Under the pieces are notes generated by a model that was not told the origin of the DNA, ran no database searches, and saw only the letters and a list, made by a program, of their open reading frames with translations. A DNA stretch of 55,492 nt from Chromera velia (lineage: Eukaryota): positions 1 to 55,492 of the forward strand of contig JAHBMJ010000137.1 of NCBI GenBank assembly GCA_018398765.1, written 5' to 3'. Both the position numbers and the translations under genes were made by a program. Each line of letters begins with the position of its first letter. Position 1 is the stretch's first letter. Of the stretch, positions 24,208 through 38,272 are shown in pieces.

Positions 24208-26339
24208 CGTTAGGCACGTCACAACATGTTTTAAAATGAAAGAAGCTCTCAGTAACAGGAACAAAAATAGGCTTGCATTTTTTTGCAGCTAGTTTTGTAA
24301 CAGCACAAACATGCATTTTGCATCATAAAATTTTTATCAACTTCTATCATAATAATGTATAGTGACTATGTTTGATCTAGTGTTTGAATCGACAGTTTGA
24401 TTTGATTTGATTCACTTTGGAATTATAACATAACTTAAACTTAGCTAGAAACCTAGGCTTAAACTGGAGTTTGGACTTAATTTGAATGTTGACTTAATTA
24501 TGAAAAAAAAAAAATGCTGAGTTATTACTCTTTAGATCTAGGCTTAAAGACGATTGAATTACCTAGTGAAACACCTTTCAAATATAAGTTAACATTAAAT
24601 TATAATTTTAAATATGGAATCTAAAAAAAAAGACTTTAAACCGACTTTTAACTTGAACCTGAAATATGAAAGCCTACAAATTGGGTCTGAATTAATTAAA
24701 AGCTTAATTTATAAATCATTGCTAGAATCATTGGTGCATCAATTGATCAATGCCTTAGTCGATGCCAAACCCTGGATAGAGTTATACTAGTAACTCCCAG
24801 ACAGCGCAGTTATAACTCGGATTAACTCCCGGGTGGCGCCCTATAGAAGATATAAAACACACAACATTAAAAACATATAGAATCTATAAAGTTGTGCCTA
24901 TAAAGTTATGCCTCTAGGTATTAGTGCAACCCTAGGTGCAACCTGCCAGTATGAAATAAATGATGATGATGATAAATGATTATGAATTAAATGACTTCAA
25001 AGTTGTACTAAGTTAGAAATTTATATGTACTTCGATATTATGATTAATATTACAAGACACTGCGGTATGCAATTGCAGAAGTATGCATTTTGACTCAAAA
25101 CTCTCCACTGGCAGCAAAGCATTGAAGACAACTTTGAATCACTTTAAATTTATGAATGCAAGCAACCCCGAGCTTGATTAGCTCGAATGATCTACATTGT
25201 CTAAAAAAGGGGTGATGTATCGTACACATTTTATGTTGTGTATTTGAATTGCTCGCCCCACCACTTTGGTGATCCATTTCCTTTGCTGTTCCCGATCCTT
25301 TGTTTGCCTTTATGCCCATTTGAGTTTGCCCTTGTTCTGTCGCTTCTCTCCCATGCTTTTCCTATACCCTCCCTTTTTTGAATGCAACGGTCATGCCAGC
25401 AGATAGAAACCCACAGAAAGGTTTGTCGGGTCACACAGCGTCACACAGACAGACTCAGTCTTATGGCTTTTTTCTGTTTTCTGTTTTGTTGAGTGTGCAG
25501 CGAAGGTAAACAAAAAGAAAATTAACAGCAACAGAAAAAAAACAATTCGGAAATGGACTGTTTCACTGGCTCCAAGGCTGCACGACGGAAGATAGACAGA
25601 CAGATAAACAGACAGACAGACCGACAGACAGACAGACAGACAGACCGACAGACATGCAGACAAACAAACAGACAGACAGTCTCCCAAAGAAATCTATTCA
25701 AAAAGAAACCCTTGTCCCCCCTGTTTTTAGTTCCAGCTGCGTGCCTGAAGAGCGACGGAGAACGAAAGAGCAGGAAAGGCGAAATGCATCTTCGGATGTG
25801 GTCGGGCACGTGCGGTTGGACAAAACAACTTGCGTGCCCTATGAATGGTGAAACGCACACGCATCGTTGGGCTTATGACATTGTCAGCAAACAAATGATG
25901 CGCATGACAGTCACTTCGATAAATGTCGGAAGATTGGACTGTCTGAAGACGTCGGGTTCCCAGCAAGCACTCTCTCCCACTAGCAGGCTCTCGTGCCTGC
26001 AGACCTGCATGCACTCTGTCCAACTTGTGCCAGAGGCATTTTGCTTACTTGCGTGCCAAGCGCGTGTCTTCATGCTTGAAAGCCGCCAAAGACGGAAAGT
26101 TGAAAACGAGAAGCCTGCGTCCCTCGTTTGGGAAGAGGGGACAGTCACTTCTGTTCTCATATCCGGAGATGGTAGTACGCCTCCAGCTCAACAAACGAAG
26201 AAGAACACACCGACAGGATGCAGAAGAGCGGTTGCATGCTTTACACGACGGCCCCCTGAATCCCAACTGAGCTGTTTGGGGAACGAAAAGAGAGAAGAAA
26301 GAAAATAAAAATGTTCCCGGACTCCACGTTGAGCTCAGA

Positions 26340-27460
26340 ACCACCTGTCATGCAGTGTTCTGTTCCGAGAAAATCCCGTGCTTGACTCCAACCCCCCCAA
26401 CCTTCTGCCAGCCAGCGAACGAGACCATGGATTGCATGGGTGTCCGCACTCAACTCGGAGACCGAGAGCGAAGACAACTTCATCTCAGCTTTCGGTCAAA
26501 GCCCGTGTCTTTGAAGATTGACTCGTGAGCTTTATGCAGAGAGATCCCTGAACGTTTCTCAACGTTCTACCAGCAGGTCGAGCAGAGGCTGCATCGAACC
26601 CCAAAAGTGCCCTGCAGTCCCGTAAGCGCCACCTTCATGATGCCAGAAGATCGACATGCAGTTAATTGTGTCGATCAAAGGTCGATGGATCGAGGCAGGA
26701 GTCTCCCCTCGAGGCAAGGCCATTGCAAGAGAGGACATGCACATGCGGCGACAAGTCTCTGGGGGGAGAGACTTAATTGTGTTGTGATGCATCGATCCAG
26801 AGAAGCAGACAGAGCTGGCTGCGAAGTCGCACTGTCAGCTGGGCGAGTGCTTGTGCATGTGGAGGCTTGTCTGTCCTCTCACTGACAGACGGGGGCGGGG
26901 GGCGCTCAGTGGAGGGACGATCGACCTTGAGGAATGGATCAGGAGGCGGAATCCCTTCCTTCCCTGCTTTGGCCAGCGGTGTGAGGGGGACAGACGGCAT
27001 GATCCAGCTCTCTGTCTCTAGCTGTGCAGTCTTGAAGAGGAGTGTCACTGGCACACTGCATGAGGAGAGGTGCATGGGAGATCGAGCAGATCTTTCCCAG
27101 CTCTCTGATAGAGCGAACTCAGAGAGCTCTCTGTCAGGGAGGAGAGAGAGGGTCCCCTGTGTTGCTGCGCAGATGCGTGCGTGCCCCGCCAGTAGGAATT
27201 CTCGCAACTCTCTTCCTGAGAGGGGTTTCCCTTCCTTTTCTTCCTCCCTCTACCCTTTTCCTTTTGGCTTTCCCCCTTCAGGCAACCTGACTTCTCTTCT
27301 CTCTTCCATCTCGCTTGCTGGTCTTCTCTCAATCGACAGTCTCTTGTCTGTTTGATTGTTCTCAGGTGGCACCTGTCGATGTCGATCCGTGTCTTTTCTC
27401 TTCAGAGAAATAAGTATCTTGTCTCACTGGATGATGCAACGAACCCCACAAACCCTGTCT
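26340..27460 (-). pseudogene. Degraded coding remnant, unknown product
   Basis: Protein-like frame (DKILISLKRKD...KPKGKG*REEEKEGKPLSGRELREFLLAGHARIC...) with in-frame TAG at 27252..27250 and TGA upstream. No recognisable domain. Confidence 0.35.
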
Positions 27461-28783
27461 GGCCCTAGTGCACATGGACATGCATCTTGCCATGACACCT
27501 TAGGGGAGGACGGCTCCCCCCAGACAGAGCGATTCTTCTTCTTTTCTTCTTTTTTCTCTTGTGGGCCAAGTCAGAGAGAACCTCGCAGGATCGACGCACG
27601 CAAAGAGAGAACACTGCAAGACGTGCGGTGAAAGAATGACGTTGGGTAAGAGAGAGGGCCAGCTTCAAGGTGCAGGATGGATTCCTCAAAGCAGCAGGAA
27701 GACACTGACTCCATCGATCAGCACATGACTCTCAGATGCATGACACGATGAGGAAAGCTCAAGGTTCCCCCTGCGCTGATAGATCGGTCGAGGGCGAGTG
27801 ACTGAAGAATTGACGAACCATGTGGAAAGGACTGCATGAGAGGTGGTTGATGAATGGGTGAATGTCCAACCATTCATAGTGAACATACGGACAGCAGAAG
27901 TACCTTTTCAAAAGCAACGACGAACACACAGGCGGCCGTACTGCAAAAGGAGTAACCGGACGAGAGCAAGAACGGCTTTCGATTTCATCAATTCACAGAG
28001 GACACACCGGACAACTAGAAAAAAACAGAACGAACGTGGCGATGCTCGCAAATACTCAAGTGGAAGGGGACAAACAAAGCAGAATCAAGAGAAACGCGAA
28101 CACACAAAGAAGATTCCACCTGAAAAAAGAAGAAAGAAGGGGACTCGGGAAAGAGACAAGAAGTCTGCGGGCGTTGGTCTTTTTTCTTTCCCTGACTCTC
28201 CCACAGGCTGTTTGGCGTTGCGTTGTTTTTTTTTCATCCATATCATGGGAGAGAGACTGCCTTCGATTCCTTTAGCGCTTTCCGTCATATCAACTCATAG
28301 GCACACGACCGAAGAATGGATCCGGAGACAGCAAGAAGATCGATCGTCGCATAATCTCTCATGCAAACCAGCGATTGGACGGAAGAAAGCAAGTAACATG
28401 CACATGCAACGGTAGAGCTAAAAGCTAGTTTAATTCCCTTTCTGCTCCCCTTCCTTCTCCTTTCCCCCCTCCCAGTTCTTGATCCTCTACCTGCCGACTC
28501 TCAGAGTGGCAGACCCCGCCCCACCCCTTTCCTAACCCAGCTGTGTCAGTGTCCCCCCCCCCTTCCTTCATCTTCTGGCTTTTTTCTTTCTCCGATCATT
28601 CATGCACAGAAAGATTCGACATGCATGCATCAGACAAAGAAAGGTGCAAGAAAGAACAAAAGGGTAAAGAAGAGAGAGAGGACAGCAGAGAAATGCTTTT
28701 TCTTTCTTCTTTTTTTCCTTGCTCCTTTCCTTTCTTCGTTTCTCCCTTCCTTTTCTCCTTCCTTCTCCCCCTCCCCCTTCCTC

Positions 28784-29967
28784 TCAGATCCAGAGGAAGG
28801 ATGGAAGCACGGCCATCAGAGGAACCGCCCCCGCCCAGCGCACCCCCACACCCTCCCCTTCCTGCTCCTTCCCCTCCTCCTCTACGAGAGCCCTCTCCAA
28901 GTCGACGCCCAGGTTGAACGAGGAGTGCTTCTTCACTGGCAGCACCTCCCTCTGAGGCTCCACTGCCTGCAAGCAAGCAAAACATGCATTTCAAGTGGAA
29001 AAGGGGTCAAGTCACGTTCAGGGCGTGGTCCCCTCTGAGAGCCGATCAACTGTTTGTACCAAAGGAACATCTTACCTACATGTATACGTGCACCGAAGTA
29101 TATAGACGTGCACATACACGAGCATGCAGACGGAAATCTAGGAGGGACATGCATGCAAGGACATGGAAACCAAAAGTCAACCGTCAGTTGTCAGCAGTAG
29201 ACAAGAGTCGGAAAAGTAGGGTGGTAAGGAGCAATTCGTGCATCTGTCTGGCGCAACATTTGGCTCAACAAAAGTGACTGACCTTCTTTGCCCTGCCTGT
29301 GCGGGGCTTTCTGGCCACCTTTGCCTTCGGGACGGGGGGCTTGGGCTGGAAGGGTGTCTCTGGGGGGGGCTGAAAGGCAGCGCCACGCAGGCCACCAACA
29401 AAGAGACCCATTGCGGGGCGAGAAGCAGCCGAGCCTCCTGCGACACTGGGGGGGGAACGAGGGCGGGACGCACGAGACGAGCCTGACCGGCAAGAAGACT
29501 TGCCTGACGATACAACAGACTTGGCAGGCATTGCTTTGTCTCTCTGTTTCTCTTTGTTTCTCTCTCTCTTTCTCTCTCACTCGCTAACTCAGTCACTCAG
29601 GCGATCTGGGGATTGGAGTTTGCGCACTGAATGCAATGGAAGGATAACTCTCAATTTGAGAGAAAGAAACTTTTATATATATGCAACCCGCGATGATTCC
29701 ATGCATGCACTAGCTTCCAATTTTTTGAACCGCCGGCCGATGCCGGCCGAGCGCAGCGCGCTGATAAACAATGTCACATTGAAACTGTTTGGTTTGGATT
29801 TGTTTGGATGTTTTGTTTGTTTTTTCTTTTTGGCAGTGCAATACATGCATGCAGTCTCTGCATGTCATGGAATCTATATACAAGCCACCCTTCGAGACCT
29901 GAAAGATTGCAGGAGCGGTTAAAGCAAAGCTCCAAATGGCAACAATAAGGGCAGCGTCCGCATGCAT
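28784..29967 (-). CDS. Small spliced hypothetical gene
   Basis: Exon ...KPRTGRAKK|gtcagt (~29282) joins in phase to cag|AVEPQREVLPVKKHSSFNLGVDLERAL...FLWI* (28784). First exon and start are uncertain. Confidence 0.35.
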
Positions 29968-30873
29968 AAGGAGCGCAAGAGAAAGAAGACCGGGGTAGTG
30001 GAAGAAAGGAGGAATGTCGTCAGCGTCAGCAGGGGGACTGGCGGCTGTACAGGCCCCCGCCGAAGAGGGCGACTGGACTCAAATGGCCTAGAAATTAATT
30101 CAACGCAGACTAGGAATTCAGACTTCATGCATGAATATATAAACCCTACCTAAAATTTGTTCTGGACCATTAAAAAAAAAAAAGTCACCTTTCGGAAAAA
30201 AATCAAAGAAAAAAATGAAGATGATAACAATTCTAACGACATCGTCAACCATCACAGTAATAGTATCTGGCGGTTTGTATCAGAAGTGTAAAAGATAAGT
30301 ACGAATTTGACTCAGAGAGCTAGTGGAGAAACAAATATAAATTAAATGTGTTAGCAAGTTATTTGAAGTTAGTAAAAAGTGAGCTTATACAGGCCCCCGC
30401 CAAAGAATCTTCTTATAAGATTTTAAGAACCTTGTGATTGGGCTTAAGAACCTTCTTATAAAAATTTTTTTGGAAGTTAAATTTACTGTCAAAATAAATG
30501 GTACTGTAAACTTAAAAACTTTAACTTAAACCTTAATTAAGTAGGGAACAACGTTCAATTTGCAATGAACCGACCAGTAATTAAACTATACATAAACACT
30601 TTTTAAAAGCTCCGCTTCTTACAAGGCTTCCTATGGTCTTATTAATTTTAATTTATGATACAAAAAAATTATTTTAAAAAATTTACCAATGCAATGAATG
30701 AATTTGTACATTTTTAAATCAGATTTATAGTTAACGAGCAGTTTCATTAGTTTTACCTCATAGCTAGTACTTTATAGTCCAAAAGAAGTCAAAATACTCA
30801 TAATTCATCGTTAAATTCGCCAGTACATGAGAATGCATCACCCTTCTAAGCTTCTAAGGCTAGTACGCTGTTT

Positions 30874-31510
30874 TCACCACGTAGGTCCTGTAAGGGGAGA
30901 CGATAGAGGGCCTGACTGAGGACTTGGATGCACCGGAGTTCCCCCCCGAACGCTTCCTCGATAGCTGCCTCCATCTGCGTGGAGTCCTGCACCTCCAGTC
31001 GCAAGCCCGGGTGCGGGCGAGTTCATTGCCTGCAACAACGCGCTCTGTCTCTGTCCAAAAGTCGGCAGCACAGAATCTCTGAACCCAACTGTGGGCCCTC
31101 CAAACTCTGCACCTCCTCCAGGAAGGGCAGCCGAAGCCTGCCACCCCCGTGTATTGTCATTCGCAGAATTGTTTGCAGCTGCGGGAAGCTTGAGGGGAGG
31201 AATGTGGGGGGCCCTGTAAGGTAGATTACTCGTCACAGAGGCCCGCCGACCTGGAATCATCCCTCCCCAAGCGCTGGACCCTCCCTGAGCTTGAGAACCT
31301 TCCCCTGCGCCCTCCACAGCTCCCCCAGCCCCCCCGCCCCCTGCTGCATGATGGTTGCTGAGATGGTCATGCGCGCTTGTTGAAGCAGCTCGAGGAGACG
31401 TCTGCAGAGGGTCCGCTGCGGTGTCGACAAGCCTTTGGAGATCTGAAGCGTCGACGTACGGAAATCCAGTGGCTGCATCGGATGTGCGTGCGTGCATGTG
31501 TGCATGTGTC

Positions 31511-31571
<61 letters not shown>

Positions 31572-33623
31572 CAAAGCGTGGGAGTGTCTCGGAAGGTGCA
31601 GTCGACAAATTGTTCATTCAGATGAAGGTTTATCTTTCAAAGGCAAGAAAGAAGACGCAGCCAGATTTGCTGGAAGGAATGAAGCCGGAATCCGCATCCG
31701 ATTTGATTCGTGCGTGCTCCTTGGGGTTGAGTTTCTCCGGCACATCAACTAGCCCAATACGAGCGTAGAGACATCAATTCCTCTCTTCTGATGTTCTGTG
31801 TTTCTCTTTCCTCAACCAATTCTCTCTCTCTTCTTCCACTTTCGACATTGGCCATCAGGCTCATCGTTCTTTCCGGTTTTCCCTCCCACACCGGCTCTTG
31901 GAGTATCTTTCGTCCTTCCTTCCTTCCTTCCTTCCTTCCTTCGTTCCTTCGTTCCTTCGTTCCTTCGTTCCTTCCTTCCTTCTTTCCTTCTTTCCTTCTT
32001 TCCTTCTTTCCTTCCTTCCTTCGTTCCTTCTTCCCTTCAGTGCTCCCTTCCTTCTACCCACTCTGTATACACTTCTGTGTCAACACACCGATCGATCGAT
32101 CAACTGACCGTCATCCATGTACTCCACGGTCCGCAGGGCAGCAAAGATCGTCACCGGAGGGGCTGCTTGACGAATTGTCTTCAGGTGCGTCGCCAGAGAG
32201 GCAGAAGAAACCTGCAGATGACACCAGACGAATTAACGAAATTCCTGAGTCTAGAGCTTGTCTGAGATTTCCTGCATGGCTTCCGTGCGAACAAACAGGA
32301 ATCCAACAGACACTTTACGCAAAAGGGGACACTCTGAAAGTGTCGGTTCCCCCTTCCCCCAGCCTTCATTCTCTCTTCCGACCTTTGTGAAGACATCCGT
32401 TGAGTCCAACTTCTCGCAGAGCGTGCGGAGCCTTCTGGCCTCTCTGACTGCCATCTCTGGATCCTCAGGCAAACCGCCAGGGGAACTGCTTGCACTATTC
32501 CGGTCTCGCGCCTCATTGCGGAGACGGACGACACGAGCAGCCAGACGGTCTGCATCCGCCTTCAGCCTTCCTCTTTCCGCACTGTCCACAAGCACGGACC
32601 ACGAAAACCCTCCTCCTCCTCCTGTGCTGCTGTCACCATCTGGCCGCTGCACGAATTTGTCTTGTAGGGCTGCAGTCAACTCGAGGACAGCCGGGGTTCC
32701 TGCAAGACAATTAAAGGCATGATGATCATGCAGGAAGGGGGGAAGATCGAAGGGAGATATTGTCTTGACATATCGACATACAAAATGACAGATCGAGAAA
32801 TCTGAATAATCAATCACAAGCTTCTTCATTGGGACAAGTAAAGAAGTGTGCAAGAACGAAAGAAAGAAAACATCGTCGGTTGCCTCTGTTGCAAAGGAAT
32901 GATTGTCGCATGGGGGGGGGAAGTGTTTGAGGAAGCAGAGAGAGAAAAGAGAGGGTGCACGGGAAGAAATGGAGGCAGTGGAAAACAGACAGCTAGGGCA
33001 GGAAGGAGGAATCCGAGAAGAGAATCAGGCGTGCAGATACTCTCTCTCTCTCTCTCTGCCTGACACACCGATTTGTCGAGAAGCAGCTCCGTCTTTTTCA
33101 GTGAAGTGGAAACTTCCTTCAAGCAGGAGCGTTCCTTTTCCATCCCCTGTCTGTGTGGTGTTGAATTTCTTCAAATCATCGTGGGACAAGAAGGGAAGAA
33201 TTGCCTTTTGAATTTGTTGAGATTCTTCCATTCTCTTCTCTCCTTGATCATCTAGAGGCAGTTGATGAAGGTCTCTCTTGCTGGCACTCTTGGAAGGTGA
33301 CGATGGCTCCGTGGCACGTTGGACCCTTCCCAAGATTTCCATGCCCTGTCCCTCTGCCGAGCTGTTTGTGAAGCCTCCACCTACAAGGGGACTTGGACTG
33401 TCCCTCATTCTTCCCGTTGTGGTCATGTCACCACTGCCGGTTTCCCTTTCCCTCTCCTCGCTTTCATGTAAACTCAAGATCTCCAGCTCGCTTCGACCTG
33501 CACGAACACACACACATACACACACACACACAGACAGAGACAGAGAGACAGAGAGGCAGAGAGACAGAGAGACAGAGAGACAAAGAGACAAAGAGACAAA
33601 GAGACAAAGAGACAAAGAGACAA

Positions 33624-33661
<38 letters not shown>

Positions 33662-36600
33662 TGAGACAAAGAGAAAGAGAGACAGAGAGAGCGAGGGACG
33701 AATGTCAAAGCATCTCTACTAGTTGTTGAGTGCTCAGACGAAACACAGGAAGGGCAAAGAGGTCAGATCGACGACATTTCATTCAACGAGCCATAAACGG
33801 GCATGGAGAAACAAAAGAAACCTCCCTCGATCCTCAGGTACACGTACAAGCGGAAAAACAGGCGAATGCATGTGACTGATCCAACAACAGACACAACGGA
33901 ATTGCTCCCTGCCCCGGAAATCCACACAGCTGACCGACCGAAGGCATACGCCAACTGTTCGCACTTGTCGAAAGTGAAAGCTAGCAGGGAAGCCTCGCCC
34001 TCGAGAAGATCTCTCACTTTCTCTGCACACAGAAAGAAAGAAAGAAAGAAAGAAAGAAAAACAGACAGACCAACAGACAGATCGGGAGTGATTGAGAGAG
34101 GAAAAAGGATGGAACATGAAAAACAAAAAGAGAACAAAGAATGAAAAAAAGCAAGAAAAGGAAGAGAAAAGATGGACGGAAAACAAGGCACTCAGCGTCA
34201 TATTCGTGAGTTCCGGAAGGAAAGACACACCTAGAAGATGTGCGTTTCTTCCCACACCACCCTTCACTCTATGTCTCTATCTCTCTCACACTCACACATA
34301 AGCACACAGATATGAACACACACTTTTATGTTCTCTCTCACTCTCTCACTCTTGCAAAGGCTCTCTCTCACTCTTTCACATGTATTCGTATAGAAACACA
34401 AACAGAAATAAAGACGCAAACTGACTCTCGGCCTCTGGGAAGTCCCCCGGCCTTTGGAGGAGGTCTGCTGCCCTCGCCTTGCGCCTCTGCACGTCTGCGT
34501 CCTCCTGCACAATCTTGCGCTTCGACCGGCCGCTGGGGTCAATTTTCCTTCCTGGAGACGACTGTGCACCCGAAGAGGCTGCACCCGCAGCAATATTCTG
34601 GAGTCTGTAGATTCCTGTGGGACTTCTAAGGAGGCCCAAAATCTGCAGCATCTCGCTCAGTCTCAGGCTGATTTTGGCTACGCGGTGGAGAAAGGCGAGG
34701 TAGTCAGATACTCTCAGCATCCCGCTTGCACCTCTGTCTGCTGCCCTGAAAGCCGACTCGAGAGTTAGCCCCCGCATGTGCAGTTTCTTTTGAAGTTTGA
34801 ACACAAGCTCGCTGTTGCTGAGGGGACGCGACTCGTTCTCCAGTGTCCCGGGCCTGTACGCCAACACAATCTCACCTGAAAGACAAACGCACAAGATCAC
34901 AGAGGACGAACGCCGTTTCTTCGAATCCAACCCACTAACCCATAAGAGGAGCCCTGCAACATATGCGCGGCTTTTCAATGATCACTCAAGGCACGAATAA
35001 GCAGACCACATGGACCCCTAGAGAAACAATCGAAGGACAGAATGCATCGAAACAGTGAAAAGGGCGGGTCCACAGGCAGCAGGCGAAGCTACTCAAGTAA
35101 AATGAACATCGCGGCTCACGCGGACCTGCTAATCGTGTTGCCGTCACCTTAGCCAGTTTTTGCCTGACTTTGTTCTGGATTAACGCCGCTGCTCTGTTCT
35201 TCTCCACTGCGTCCAGATACCGACAGTCATTGATGCCGGCAGAACGGAGACGCCTGTGCAGCAGTCCATTCTCGGCTTTTACTTTACGCATTTCTACAAG
35301 AGAAGCCTGCAGACGGGTTAGGTATTTAATCTCTGTTTAATTGTGGCTCAAGGTGGACTCATGCGAAAATTGACGAACAAGCTTGTAAGAGGTGAACAAT
35401 CTTCATGCGCAGAGAGAAGCTGGGAAAACGGGCTGTGCAAAGACGCACCAGACGACAAGGGAATGGAGGAGGAAAAAGAAAAAAAAAAACGGAAAGAGCC
35501 AAAGATAAAGGAAACCCTGGGGAAGAAAAAAAAAAGAGAGAGAGAGAGAGAGGGAGAGAGAGGAAAGAAGACGTGCAAAATTCATACCTGGACGCTTTGC
35601 AGCTTTTCCCTTCCTCCCTGAACCCTCTGCCGAAGAGTCGCGTGTCCCTTTGCGAATTTGGCCAAGAGGACCTGAAACACTCTGATCAGCCCCGCCTGAC
35701 CCTCTCCAAATTCCGTCCTTGCCCCTGTTCCTCCACCCTGCCTGCCTACATCCCCTCTCTTTGCCTGTGCGTATGCGGCCGATCTCTCCGCACTTCCCAC
35801 CAGCGTGTCTGCATCTGTTTGCACAAGAACTCGGACCAACTCTGCAGAAGCCTCCAGAGGAAGACGGGCCGCCTCCCTAATGGCTTTGTCAAAGTTGGCA
35901 GAACCCGAAGCGGACACTCCTGGACCTACTGCGAAGGGGGGCAGAACATCCCGTGGATTCAACTGTAAGAAGATCGCGTCGGCTGCAGAGACGCTCTTCG
36001 CAACAGCAGCTGCCCGACTGTCCTGTTCCTTCTTTCCACGACTGGAGACTGAAGGGGACGCGGGTTCATTCTGTCCGTGGACACTCACTCCTTCTGCCTG
36101 CGTCGATTTGCCAAAGGACAAACGACGCACACTGCTGTTCAGGGCATCCAACGGCGTGTCTTTGTCTTTGTTGTCATCTTCATTCTCTTCTAACTCCTTC
36201 GTTTTTGCCTTTGCTGCTTCTCTCTCTGACTTCATCAACTCAAGAGACTTGTTGGCTCTCGAGTCTAGAGCTTTCAGCTTGGTTGGGCCTGTGGAGCCAT
36301 TGGCAGCCCGACCGTCCGGACGAATTTTGGCAAAGAGATTCACGGCTCCGTTGACCGCCTTCTCCATCTCCCTCTCCTTTTCCACTCTTATTGCCCTTTC
36401 CCTTTCCTTCTCCCTCTCTCTTACTGCTTCAGATGGATCCGCAGGAGGGTCGCTAGCTCTGCCTCCAGCCTGTTGCCGTTGCCCTAGGCGTGCCAGGGGA
36501 GCGTGAGAGGCCAAGAGGGGAGGCTTGCCTGAGGAGGTTTCTGGAGGGGGTGTCGGCTGTGCAACACCGTCTGTGCTATCGGAAACTTCGGGTGTCTTGC

Positions 36601-38272
36601 TGGACAGAGGGGCCGGTGTGGGATCTCCTGAGTCTTTCAAGGGCAGCGTTTCTTCATCTTTCTCCGTGCTTAGCTCCTTTCCTTGGTCTTTGATCCCCTT
36701 GCCTTCCGCTTTTTCTTCCTCTTGTGTAAGTTCAGCTTCCAGAGCTGAGAGAGACCTCTCTCTTGAAACATGAGCTGGTCGCTTCTCTCCCTCTTTCTCT
36801 TCTTCTTGTTTCTCTTCCCTCTTCGCCGAAGCAGCACCTGGTGTATCAGTCTGCTTTGGCGCTTCCTTCACCTGATCGATGGGCTCACTGTTTCTCTCAA
36901 CATTGTCTTTCTTGTCTGCTGACACTCCTCCAGTCTTCTTTTCCTCTTCTGGAGTCTCTACTCCGGATTCGTTCTTTACAGGTTCTTTGGGGACCTCTGT
37001 CGTCTCTTTCCCCTCTGCTACTCGTCCCTCTGGGAGATCCCTCTCTGCCACTTCTGCATCTCCGGCATTTGAGGGGACAGGCACGTCTTCCTCTATCTCC
37101 TCATCCAACGAATCCTTTTCCGTGGCCTCCGTGCCATCGTGACCCTCTGCCTTCGGAAGGTCAGAGGGAAGTCTCTTTTCCTTCTCTTGCTTTGTTGCGT
37201 CGTCGGCAACGTTGTCTTTGGAGGATGCTGAAGGAGCAAACTCCTTTTGTCCCCCCTGCTCGTCTGCCAAATTCTTTTTTATTTCAGAGTCCTGTTTATC
37301 ACTTGGATGAGGGTCTTTTTGGACCCTCTCAGAAGGGGGGGTCTCTGCGTGCCTCGCATTTGGCAGAGGGGACTCGGTTGGACTGTTTTGTGACTCTTCG
37401 ACGTTTGTTTTTCCCTGCTCGTCTTTTTCCGGAGACTGCAAATGGGCTTCTCTTTCGGACTCTTTACCAGCAGAAGGGGAATCACTTTTTTGGGGCGGAA
37501 AGGGAAGCGGCTCTGAGAGCTCCTCTTTGGCAGGCGCTGCTGGTCTTTCGTCTTCTCTCTCAGTCAATTTTCTTTCTTCTGCATCTTGAGTTGTGGATAC
37601 GGCCTTTTTGTCTTCCTCGGGGGTCGCCACACTTCTGGCAGGAGAGGGGGGGCTCGGCGTATCCTCCTTTTTCTTCGTGTCCTCTGCATCTGTTTCTGCT
37701 GGTTTGGGAAGATCTCTCTCCCCCCCTTTGTCTCTTCCCTTCGGGTCCTCTGTCTGTGCTGCCTCGGAGGCTTTTTTTTCATCTGCTTTTTCTGTGTCTT
37801 TCTCTTTCTCTTCCTCAGCCTGTCCAGATTCAACCTCTTCTTGGTTGTCGTTCTCGGCATACCACTGCTTTCTGAGTTCCTCTATGTCGTCGTCTGATTG
37901 GGTCCTCTCCATCCTCTCCTCTTGAGCGTTTGAAGTGCTCGGACGCGGAGAGTCGTTACCTTTCGGGTCTGATGGCACATGGCTGGGACCAGGGAGGTTG
38001 GAGGGGGGCTGCGGTGTGGGACGGTGAGTCTCTTCAATCGGAGCGGGAGAAGGAGACGGTTCTGCGGGGGGAGGGTGACTTTCTTTTTCGGTTTCCTTCA
38101 GCTTTGCCTCTTCCTCCTCTTCGGTTTTTGTGGTCCAGTCGAGGTCATCCCTCTCCGATAGAACATCCCCCCCTCCTCCAGGCTCAGAGGGGGAGAGGTC
38201 CTCATCTACCTCGTCGGGCACTTCTTCGGATACCTCACTGACTTTCTCGTCGTCCTCTCTCCCGGAAGACAT
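30874..38272 (-). CDS. Large multi-exon protein: acidic low-complexity N-terminus, coiled coil, IQ motif, EF-hand-like segment
   Basis: First exon of ~895 codons (38272..35588, donor gtatga). Next exon has AAALIQNKVRQKLAK (IQ, ~35185..35148). Exon 34880..34430 has LESAFRAADRGASGMLRVSDYLAFL (EF-hand-like). Further exons near 34020, 33497, 32700 and 31490. Probable stop at 30876..30874, just before an AT-rich island. Confidence 0.65.

Noticed and set aside
35805..37875. Long plus-strand ORFs (233 and 370 aa)
   Set aside because: Antisense shadows of the 896-codon acidic exon.
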